Source: an uncultured Gammaproteobacteria bacterium (GTDB lineage: Bacteria > Patescibacteriota > Microgenomatia > UBA1406 > GWC2-37-13). From it: a DNA stretch of 64,000 nt. The notes under the pieces are model-generated. The model searched no databases, was not told where the DNA came from, and saw nothing but the letters and a program-made list of their open reading frames with translations. The stretch is taken from positions 40,365-104,364 of the forward strand of contig CAZJFG010000001.1 in NCBI GenBank assembly GCA_964545385.1. The letters are read 5' to 3'. Made by a program: the position numbers and the translations under genes. Positions 28,974 through 36,258 of this stretch are shown here, piece by piece. The first letter of the stretch is position 1, and every line of letters begins with the position of its first letter.

Positions 28974-29681
28974 CTAACCACCAAATCCTGGAATTTTCAG
29001 AATATCCACTCCAATTAATCTCAATATAAATACTGAAAAAACAATAAGCATCAATCCCATGATACAAGAGATAAGAAGCTCCTGGGCTTTTTTGATTTTC
29101 TCCGGATTACCTCGTGAAGATTGAAGCTGGAAGACGGAAAAAATTATACAGATCATAGCAATAATTCCAGCCAAGCCCACTCCCCAACTAAGTAAAAATT
29201 CTGAAACAAAACTTGAAAAATCACCAGGGATACACCCCAAAGCTGTCCAAATTCCACCACTGTTCCCACATGTTTCACAGGTTGATTTTTCGTCTGAAGA
29301 AATATATTTATCGCAAAGGTTTTTTACCGCCTCAATTGGTGTAGGGGTAATCTGCGACTCTTTTAAACATGTACAATTGTTCAAATCGCTTGTGTCAGAA
29401 GGATAACCTATAACACAAGGAACTATATTTTGACTTCTTTTTAACAAAGAAATTATTTGGACAATTTTGTTGATAAACTCTATGCTTTGTAATGCGGATG
29501 GAATTGTTGGTGTTGAAACATCAATTTCTTGACAACATTTTATTGAGGTTGGTTCGGTTGCTTCCGCATTCCCGCAGGAAACGCCTGGAAGCGCAATGCG
29601 TGGAGTCGGTGTTTGAGCATAAACAGTATTAATTTTGCCAAACATTAATACTGCAAGGATAATTAATAATATCTTTTTCAT
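28974..29681 (-). CDS. Secreted Cys-rich protein with C-terminal T4SS-pilin-like two-TM module
   Basis: Signal peptide MKKILLIILAVLMFGKINTVYA, a Cys-rich ectodomain of about 140 aa, then GIWTALGCIP-TM-SSRGNPEKIKKAQELL-TM. Confidence 0.65.
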   Translation of the reverse strand: MKKILLIILAVLMFGKINTVYAQTPTPRIALPGVSCGNAEATEPTSIKCCQEIDVSTPTIPSALQSIEFINKIVQIISLLKRSQNIVPCVIGYPSDTSDLNNCTCLKESQITPTPIEAVKNLCDKYISSDEKSTCETCGNSGGIWTALGCIPGDFSSFVSEFLLSWGVGLAGIIAMICIIFSVFQLQSSRGNPEKIKKAQELLISCIMGLMLIVFSVFILRLIGVDILKIPGFGG

Positions 29682-29727
29682 AATTCTATTACACTCAATT
29701 TATTTATTTTTTTCAAATATAAACCTA

Positions 29728-32700
29728 TTATTTTTTACCTTCGGTATCTTGCATGGCTTTTTTTATATAAGCCCACATTAAATACATTGCTAAAAAATAG
29801 ATAATAGTCGGGGCGACGTCTCCAAAAATGAATGTATCTGTTTTAGCATCGAAGGCTAAATCTAGTTGATTAACCGAATATAGTCCTTCAATAGGAATAG
29901 CATGCAGTTCATGTCCAAGCCTTCGGAAGTAATCACGAGCCGCATTTTCATCCCAACTCATTGCATGAATACTGTGACCAAGAATTTTTGATAAAGAAAT
30001 TTTTTTGCCCATTGACCAACGTAAAGGAAGATTGAACGGGGCTCTAAAAAACGGCACTCTTGTATTGCTGTGTTCATAAAAATATTGAGTAACTACCGAG
30101 GCAAGAATATAGTTTGCCCGATGAGCATACTCTGACCCCATGACATTTTTAAGCGTGGAATAAAGAGTTTGATGAATCTCGAAAATTTCTTTTAAATCTC
30201 TCGATTCGGCAACGTGCTGCAGTTTTTCATCAAGATGGGAAATCTCAACAATTAGTTTAGAAACTGTACTAGCATCACCCAAGCGTCTTTTTATAATATC
30301 TTCACCAACTTCCCCAATATATTTATAGGAAGAAAAATGATCGAGATCAGGAGAAAAAGGATTGGTTCTTACTTGTTTTAGAGTCCAAATTTCACCTATA
30401 TGATAAAACAAACCAAAATGGCCGATCTCAAATTTACCTTCTTCATTAAAGCCACCAGAATCTTGTTTCTCCAAAATATTAAATAAACCGTTTTGACTAA
30501 ATATCAGGCTTTTTATTTTTTTATCGTCAAAATCCGTATCAGTAATTTCTCCTCTTTTTTTTAAAGAATAATTTATGCCTTTATTCTTAATGGTTTTCTT
30601 TTCGTCTTTTTGGAGCATACGTTCAAAAGCTGTCCCAGATTGTTGAGAAAAATATTCCATTGCAATTTTCCAGTCTTCACTGTCTTTTATTCTTTTACCA
30701 TTAAATTCCTTTCCTTTAAGTTGTTCTACTAATCCATCTTTATCAAAAATCCAAGCTCTCACTTTTCCCATCAATAAAAATGCCTCATCTCCCCAAAGCG
30801 CTCGTAATTTTTGCATTTTTTCAACCTGTTTTTCTATCTCAAGCTTTGTTTTCCCCAACTCGCCTTTATTTTTTTCTTTAAATGTTTTTTCATCAAGAAA
30901 AAAGTAGTTTATTTTGCTATCAAATAATTCGGGAGATATTTGAGATAAAAGCATAATAAAGTCTGCGGGGTTACGATGTAGATAGCGATAGAAGGTTTCG
31001 CCAATAATTTGATACATCTTCATCATTCGAAGCTCGGGAAACGTGAATTTTTTTTTCGTTCCTCTAGCATCAACTACAATTTCAAATTCTTTTTTGAGTG
31101 CATGCTCACCTTCGTTATATTCTTTAAATTCATAACTGTCAACTATATCTTTTTTAAGACGTTGGGCTAAATATCTTTTCATTTCATTTTCTGTACGCTC
31201 CTCTATCATCCACCATAAAGAAGAGTTACCATATATTTTCATGCTTAAGTCAAAATACTGGTCCCATTCTTTTTTCCCCCATTTATATTGATCTTTGATT
31301 CCTATCTTTTTTAAAGATTCACTTTCCTTCTCGGCAATTTCTGGTAACCTAACTTTTATTAGTGGTGAAACTCCCCAACCCATACGGCTGTTTGTACTTG
31401 TTGAAATATTCAGCATGCTTAATAGTTCTTGATAACTATGTTCTCTATCCAACAGTTCATTAAAAACTTTCTCGCCGTATTTGGCTTCTTTACCTTTGGC
31501 ATAATTATCAAAGCTTTCAGGAACCCAAGATTTTTTTTTGAATAATCTTGGGATAATGCCTCTTTGCTCAGGAAAAAGAGTTACCTCCATAGCCAGTAGA
31601 TGAGGAAAAAGTCCAGAAACCGGATAGCCTCGCCCCAACCCCCAGTTGTGTTTTGCTGATAATTGTGAAACTAAGGGATATATTCCTTTTAAGTTCGTAT
31701 CAACATCCGGATCGGCGGTACTAATAACTTCGGGATCAGTTAAACTTGCAAGACCTACTCCTATCGCATAAGTCCTGGCTCTTTTGTATTCCCACTCTTC
31801 GACATTTTCTTTTCTCAGAGATTTAATACGGGCCTTAATATTGTTTTCGATTTCCTCCATATCTTTAATACTATATCTCACTCCCTCCTCATCATATTTG
31901 CCCGAAAAAAGATCTGAAGGAATAGTGTTTTTATTAAGAGCTATGCGACGCCTCAAATGTAGAACTACTTCTTGTCTCGTTATTTCCATCATTCTGTCAT
32001 CCGGATCAAAGATCTCAGCAAGCTCTGAAGGAAAAAGTTGGCCTAAAAACTGTGGCCATTTTTCAAAACTACCAGCATCTTTTGCATAAAGCGGTAAATT
32101 ATGAAAAGTCTGTGCATATGTAAGGATTGTCCCTTGATATCTTCCTCGAACATCTTTGAGAAAATCAACGGTCTCGCGATCGTTTTGGAATTGATTTATT
32201 AAATTATCACAAAGATTTTCAATTACACCCTGCAGTCCTCCAAAATAATACTGATATTGGCTCGCGTTCATCGACATTGCCTGATCATAGAACTGTGAAG
32301 TATTATCGTGAATTGGTTCAAGAGCTTGAAAATGATACTTTGTAATCATTTTTTTAAATTTTTGTTTATCAAATTTAACATTTTTTTGTTTTTTATTATC
32401 TTTAGTTCTTGATTCTTCGAATATTATTATCTCGTTTTTTTTCAACTCATTCATAGAAAAATCATTACAAGCTCCGGTTAAAAGATTTCGCAGTCTGTCA
32501 TTCGTTAAAAAAACCATTAAGTGTTCAGGATCTGTTGAACGGAATATTTTTTTAAATAATTCTGAATAGTTTTTTAAATCGTCTTTTTCTAATCCAAGTT
32601 TTTTGATTGCAGATTCTAAAGATTCTGAGTCTCCCTCCACGCTATAGTAATATTTCATAAAAGCCATTCTTTCATCACTTGAAAGTTTATTTGGATCATT

Positions 32701-33477
32701 TACCTTGAGATAAATATTTTCTGCCAGTCTTTTCTGTATATCTTTGTTCAATTCTTCATATTCCTTCCTCTCTTCATACGTCGCACCGTTTTTACGTCTT
32801 CGATCATTATTTCCATTAAGCTCTTCAATAAAAAATTTTTCTTCTGCAGCTTCTTCACTTATTCCGTCAGTTGTCACGACCACTTCAATCAGTGATTTTT
32901 TTAATTGAGAATATAATTCATCATTAAACAGTTGTAACCAAATCATTTCTTTATATTCGTTTACCAACGAATCCGTATCTGTAATTTCTCCTTGTATAGT
33001 TTTTTTAAAAAGTTCATATAAAAAAGGAGCTTCTTGTTCTGTAACGTCTTGTGGTCGAATCTTTTCGCTTACTTTTTCTATGATTGTTTTAGATAAACCA
33101 GTAAGTTCAGGTGTATTTTCATTCTGAGGTGTTATTTTATTCTCTCGATTTTTATTTCCTAAAAGAAGCATTTTAATAACTTGAATTCGAACATTATCAG
33201 CTTTACCTTTTTCTGTAGTTTTGTCATTTTTTTCGCCAATAAATTCAGGTGTTTTTGTAGATTTTCGAAGTTCAGCTTCAATTTTATTTTTTAATCTACT
33301 TGCATCAATTGCAACCTCTAAAAACTCTTTTATTAATTCAGTTGAGGTTCTGGAGTTTATTTCCGTTTTTAAAGATTCTATCTCGCTTGCCCTTCCAGTT
33401 GACATGGGTTCTGGTGATGTCATATTTATTTTGATTAATTTATAATCAACTTTAACAGATTTTGGGAGGTGAAACAA
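29728..33477 (-). CDS. Giant (about 1250 aa) mostly helical hypothetical protein with a single C-terminal TM anchor
   Basis: Uninterrupted 1249-codon ORF in an AT-rich genome, with C-terminal VAPTIIYFLAMYLMWAYI followed by KKAMQDTEGKK. I found no Walker A, HExxH or other catalytic motif. The start may be the internal MTSPEPM. Confidence 0.8.
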   Translation of the reverse strand: MFHLPKSVKVDYKLIKINMTSPEPMSTGRASEIESLKTEINSRTSTELIKEFLEVAIDASRLKNKIEAELRKSTKTPEFIGEKNDKTTEKGKADNVRIQVIKMLLLGNKNRENKITPQNENTPELTGLSKTIIEKVSEKIRPQDVTEQEAPFLYELFKKTIQGEITDTDSLVNEYKEMIWLQLFNDELYSQLKKSLIEVVVTTDGISEEAAEEKFFIEELNGNNDRRRKNGATYEERKEYEELNKDIQKRLAENIYLKVNDPNKLSSDERMAFMKYYYSVEGDSESLESAIKKLGLEKDDLKNYSELFKKIFRSTDPEHLMVFLTNDRLRNLLTGACNDFSMNELKKNEIIIFEESRTKDNKKQKNVKFDKQKFKKMITKYHFQALEPIHDNTSQFYDQAMSMNASQYQYYFGGLQGVIENLCDNLINQFQNDRETVDFLKDVRGRYQGTILTYAQTFHNLPLYAKDAGSFEKWPQFLGQLFPSELAEIFDPDDRMMEITRQEVVLHLRRRIALNKNTIPSDLFSGKYDEEGVRYSIKDMEEIENNIKARIKSLRKENVEEWEYKRARTYAIGVGLASLTDPEVISTADPDVDTNLKGIYPLVSQLSAKHNWGLGRGYPVSGLFPHLLAMEVTLFPEQRGIIPRLFKKKSWVPESFDNYAKGKEAKYGEKVFNELLDREHSYQELLSMLNISTSTNSRMGWGVSPLIKVRLPEIAEKESESLKKIGIKDQYKWGKKEWDQYFDLSMKIYGNSSLWWMIEERTENEMKRYLAQRLKKDIVDSYEFKEYNEGEHALKKEFEIVVDARGTKKKFTFPELRMMKMYQIIGETFYRYLHRNPADFIMLLSQISPELFDSKINYFFLDEKTFKEKNKGELGKTKLEIEKQVEKMQKLRALWGDEAFLLMGKVRAWIFDKDGLVEQLKGKEFNGKRIKDSEDWKIAMEYFSQQSGTAFERMLQKDEKKTIKNKGINYSLKKRGEITDTDFDDKKIKSLIFSQNGLFNILEKQDSGGFNEEGKFEIGHFGLFYHIGEIWTLKQVRTNPFSPDLDHFSSYKYIGEVGEDIIKRRLGDASTVSKLIVEISHLDEKLQHVAESRDLKEIFEIHQTLYSTLKNVMGSEYAHRANYILASVVTQYFYEHSNTRVPFFRAPFNLPLRWSMGKKISLSKILGHSIHAMSWDENAARDYFRRLGHELHAIPIEGLYSVNQLDLAFDAKTDTFIFGDVAPTIIYFLAMYLMWAYIKKAMQDTEGKK

Positions 33478-33571
33478 GAGCGAAGAAACAAGCAGTTTTT
33501 CGGCATTTTTAGGCGTTTAGTTTGTATTGACCAAATCTTTTATTTTGCCGATTGCAAGATAATTATACCAT

Positions 33572-33597
33572 AAAAAGAGCTAAATAAAGCTCTTTTT
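33572..33597 (-). terminator. Terminator hairpin, followed on the minus strand by a TGgTATAAT extended -10 (33562-33567) for the 1249-aa gene
   Basis: AAAGAGC-taaataaa-GCTCTTT flanked by A/T runs. Confidence 0.5.
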
Positions 33598-33600
33598 AAA

Positions 33601-33655
33601 TTAAAAGTTAAAAGTGCAAAATTCAAAATTACAGTTTGAAATTGAAAATTTCAAT
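33601..33655. repeat. Family-2 hairpin element, left arm
   Basis: AAAAGTTAAAAGTGCAAAATTCAAAATTACAGTTTGAAATTGAAAATTTC. AAAGTTAAAAGT and AAAATTCAAAATTAC recur as reverse complements in 34021..34083. Confidence 0.6.
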
Positions 33656-34035
33656 ATTTATTTTTATTTTTTAAAGTCATAATAGAAGAACCTAATATTT
33701 TTGTTAATTCTTTAGTCCCATTTAACAATAATTCAATTTCCTCAATGAGGACTTGGTCAAAACCTTTTGAAAGAGAGAACTAGAATTTAGCTTCATTACC
33801 GCTTTTTAAAGCATGGTTAAGAAAATTTGTAAAATCACGTTTAGAACTAGCAGCTTGAGCTTCAATTATATTAGCTCCAATACTTGCTATTGCTCTTATC
33901 AATTGATCGCTTATAACCCAAGCCGATTTTTTATTGGGAAATCTATCTACTAAGAAAATTGTTCTTTTTGATAAAATAAATGCTCTACTTATAAGTACTT
34001 TCCTAAAATCTTGGCTTGTTTTCGTAATTTTGAAT
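33651..34035 (-). pseudogene. Four-helix-bundle (Avd / 23S IVS protein family) gene remnant with frameshift, in-frame TAG and no start codon
   Basis: Own translation gives helix 1, SQDFRKVLISRAFILSKRT, in one frame. The rest, IFLVDRFPNKKSAWVISDQLIRAIASIGANIIEAQAASSKRDFTNFLNHALKSGNEAKF-TAG-FSLSKGF...TLKNKNKY*, is in another frame. The TAG at 33780-33782 sits where the family usually has Trp. No ORF appears here in the track. Confidence 0.6.
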
Positions 34036-34083
34036 TTTAAATTGAAACTGTTAACTTTTAACTTTAAATTTTAAATTTAATTA
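34021..34083. repeat. Family-2 hairpin element, right arm
   Basis: CGTAATTTTGAATTTTAAATTGAAACTGTTAACTTTTAACTTTAAATT. Confidence 0.6.
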
Positions 34084-34338
34084 TCACACTCCCTTCAACA
34101 ACACGCTTAATCTGATCTTTAGTCCTCTGGCAATCTTGTGAAGAGCTCGGATAGTCGGGTTGGCTTTTCCTTTTTCAATGCGGGCGATATAGGTACGGTC
34201 GGTATCACAAAGCTCTCCAAGTCGTTCTTGAGATATTTTTTTTCGACATCTGGCGCAAAGAATATTTTCCCCTAATCTTTTATAAAAGAAGTTACCTTTC
34301 ATGGACATAAATTCAGATAAGATACAGAATATTTTCAA
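34084..34338 (-). CDS. XRE-family helix-turn-helix transcriptional regulator
   Basis: ISQERLGELCDTDRTYIARIEKGKANPTIRALHKIARGLKIRLSVLL. The start is possibly an internal Met. Confidence 0.8.
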   Translation of the reverse strand: MKIFCILSEFMSMKGNFFYKRLGENILCARCRKKISQERLGELCDTDRTYIARIEKGKANPTIRALHKIARGLKIRLSVLLKGV

Positions 34339-34418
34339 AGTTGTCGACGGACTATACGCTACAAAAATAAATTTTTAGCGCCGTGCAACAAATTATTTTT
34401 TCCCTTATATATCTTGGT

Positions 34419-34619
34419 TTATCTTCTATGAAAATAGTTTATAAAACTTGTGAAAATAAAAACTGTCAGTGAAGAGTTTGTCAAAAATTGAAAAAAATTA
34501 TCACAGTTGAGACAAGCTGATCTGTTAAACCAATAATAAATAAAATCAAAAATGAATATTAGTGGTAAAAAAAGAATTAAAAAAGGATTCTTATTTTCTT
34601 TATTCTGTTTTTGGCTCAT
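34419..34619 (-). CDS. Small hydrophobic ORF (doubtful)
   Basis: 66 aa with two hydrophobic segments. It overlaps the jag stop by 20 nt. No other support. Confidence 0.25.
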   Translation of the reverse strand: MSQKQNKENKNPFLILFLPLIFIFDFIYYWFNRSACLNCDNFFQFLTNSSLTVFIFTSFINYFHRR

Positions 34620-35073
34620 TACCTTTTAAGTCTATCACAAGTCGTCTGTCCCGGCCTTCATCAACCGAGTAAGAAACAAGTTCCGGGTAGTTGTTGGCAA
34701 TATACTCGTGAATAGATTTCCGCTCGTATGACGAAAGTTTGGAAAGATAACTTGGTTTTTTTGTTTCCTCAACCTGGCGAGCAAGGTCGTCGGCCATTGC
34801 CTCAAGTTTTTCTTTTTGTTTCTCCCTGTAGTCGTTGACATTTACCAAAAGTTTTATTGGTTCGCCAAACTGTTTATACAAAACAACCTCAAGAATTTTT
34901 TGTATGGCGCGGATTGTTTCTCCGTGACGGCCTATGACAGTCGGTGCTTCTTCTTCGGCTTTGATAATTACCAGAAAATTACCCTCAACTTCCGTCACTT
35001 CAACCTCAAACTGATTAATCATTTTGCCCAAAAGCTCTTCGGCTTCTTTTTTTATTACTTGTATTTTATCCAT
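34600..35073 (-). CDS. jag: KH/R3H-domain RNA-binding protein Jag (SpoIIIJ-associated)
   Basis: KH block VIGRHGETIRAIQ and R3H block SYERKSIHEYIANNYPELVSYSVDEG. Downstream of yidC. Confidence 0.85.
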   Translation of the reverse strand: MDKIQVIKKEAEELLGKMINQFEVEVTEVEGNFLVIIKAEEEAPTVIGRHGETIRAIQKILEVVLYKQFGEPIKLLVNVNDYREKQKEKLEAMADDLARQVEETKKPSYLSKLSSYERKSIHEYIANNYPELVSYSVDEGRDRRLVIDLKGNEPKTE

Positions 35074-35163
35074 ATTTAAAATTAATTAAAAATTCAAAAT
35101 GCAAAGTTTAAAGTTGCAGTTTAAAATTGAAAATTTTTAATTTTGAAATGTAATTTTTAACTT
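35074..35163. repeat. Family-2 hairpin element, gene-less ('empty') copy filling the whole jag-yidC spacer
   Basis: AAAAATTCAAAATGCAAAGTTTAAAGTTGCAGTTTAAAATTGAAAATTT abuts TTAATTTTGAAATGTAATTTTTAACTTTTAATTTTTAACTTTTAAC. GCAGTTTAAAATTGAAAATTT compares with ACAGTTTGAAATTGAAAATTT at 33630. Confidence 0.65.
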
Positions 35164-35967
35164 TTAATTTTTAACTTTTAACTGTCGATATTGAATAATA
35201 CTAAATATTGAAAAAATATTCCAATAAAGCGAAAGGCCGACAGGCAAGGTATAAGAAAAATAACCGATCATAAACGGAAATATATATTTCATCTGCATAT
35301 TCATTGCTTTCTGGAAGTCTTCGCTATTGCTTTTTTTGCTGTCTTTTTCCTTTCCGTTATCTTTTTTTTCAGTATAACCCGTATCCGTACTCATTCCTGT
35401 GGATTTAGCCTGAAAATACTGCAAAACACCGGTTATAACTGGAATCAAATAATAGTACCAAAGACCGCTTTTGGCTGGCGACAGACCAAGGTTAAACATA
35501 AAAAACCATGGATTAATCGTTTGAATTTTCAAAAAACCAAAATACAAAACTTTGTTTATCTCGACAATTAATTTATCAATATTTTTATTAAGCAAAAACA
35601 AAGAAAGTGTTTGATATAGGGCAATAAAAATCGGCATCTGGATAATGAGGAAAAGACAACCTGAAGCCGGATTTATACCGGCCGACTGGTAAAGTTTCAT
35701 TTGTTCTTCCTGAAGCCTTTTTGGATCTTTTTTATGTTTGGCGGTAAGTTTGTCAAGATAAGGTTTGATCTCATTCATTTTTTTGGCTGTTTCAAGTTGC
35801 TGTTTAAAAAAGGGGTGAAGCAAAAAGCGTACCGATATTGTCAAACCAATCATCGCCCAACCTAAAGAGCCGGGAAGATTTATTGAGGAAAAAATTTTAT
35901 AAAAAGCCATCAAAACATTGAGAATCGGAATAACAAAAATCGTATTAAAAAAATTTGGGGTTAGCAT
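35164..35967 (-). CDS. yidC: Membrane protein insertase YidC (short, Gram-positive-like form)
   Basis: YidC/Oxa1 core (GWAMIGLTISVRFLLHPF, MKLYQSAGINPASGCLFLIIQMPIFIALY, PVGLSLYWNIFSIFSIIQ). Confidence 0.9.
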   Translation of the reverse strand: MLTPNFFNTIFVIPILNVLMAFYKIFSSINLPGSLGWAMIGLTISVRFLLHPFFKQQLETAKKMNEIKPYLDKLTAKHKKDPKRLQEEQMKLYQSAGINPASGCLFLIIQMPIFIALYQTLSLFLLNKNIDKLIVEINKVLYFGFLKIQTINPWFFMFNLGLSPAKSGLWYYYLIPVITGVLQYFQAKSTGMSTDTGYTEKKDNGKEKDSKKSNSEDFQKAMNMQMKYIFPFMIGYFSYTLPVGLSLYWNIFSIFSIIQYRQLKVKN

Positions 35968-35974
35968 ATAATTA

Positions 35975-36082
35975 TTTGATGCTAGATACTTGATGTTTGA
36001 ATCTAGATTGTGAATCTTGATGTCAGAGATTTGATCTCCAAACTTCTAGTTTCTAACTTCTTTATCTAGTTTCTAACTTCTA
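35975..36082. repeat. Family-1 hairpin element, gene-less ('empty') copy filling the yidC-rpmH spacer
   Basis: TTTGATGCTAGATACTTGATGTTTGAATCTAGATTGTGAATCTTGATG, then the mini hairpin GAGAT-TTG-ATCTC, then AACTTCTAGTTTCTAACTTCTTTATCTAGTTTCTAACTTC. It shares TTGATGCTAGA, GAATCTAGA, AACTTCTAG and TATCTAG with the arms at 25384/25815. Confidence 0.65.
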
Positions 36083-36214
36083 AACAGTTAACTTCCTTCT
36101 TCCGGTTTGTCTTCTTCTTTTGAGAACTTTTCTTCCTCCTTTTGTCTCCATCCTCACTAAAAATCCGTGTTTTTTATTCCTTTTTCCTTTTTTGGGTTGC
36201 CAAGTTCTTTTCAT
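36080..36214 (-). CDS. rpmH: 50S ribosomal protein L34
   Basis: Own translation gives [44 protein letters not shown]. It is below the ORF-track length cut-off. Confidence 0.9.
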   Translation of the reverse strand: MKRTWQPKKGKRNKKHGFLVRMETKGGRKVLKRRRQTGRRKLTV

Positions 36215-36258
36215 ATAAAAATATGAATTATTAATTATTTAATTACGTCAGTAATTCG

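Noticed and set aside
33780-33782. In-frame TAG in the second four-helix-bundle gene as evidence of stop-codon reassignment. More generally, alternative genetic code 25 (UGA=Gly), as in some candidate phyla.
   Set aside because: TAG terminates rpmH and the second ABC gene. TGA terminates marR, the first ABC gene and others, with ATGA overlaps. Long housekeeping ORFs are uninterrupted under code 11. The gene also has a frameshift and no start, so a pseudogene is the simpler reading.
25426-34035. Diversity-generating retroelement, suggested by the two Avd-family (four-helix-bundle) genes.
   Set aside because: No reverse-transcriptase ORF (no YxDD-type motif) is present. I found no C-type-lectin/FGE-type target gene and could not spot a template/variable repeat pair. 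The Avd-family genes are themselves broken.
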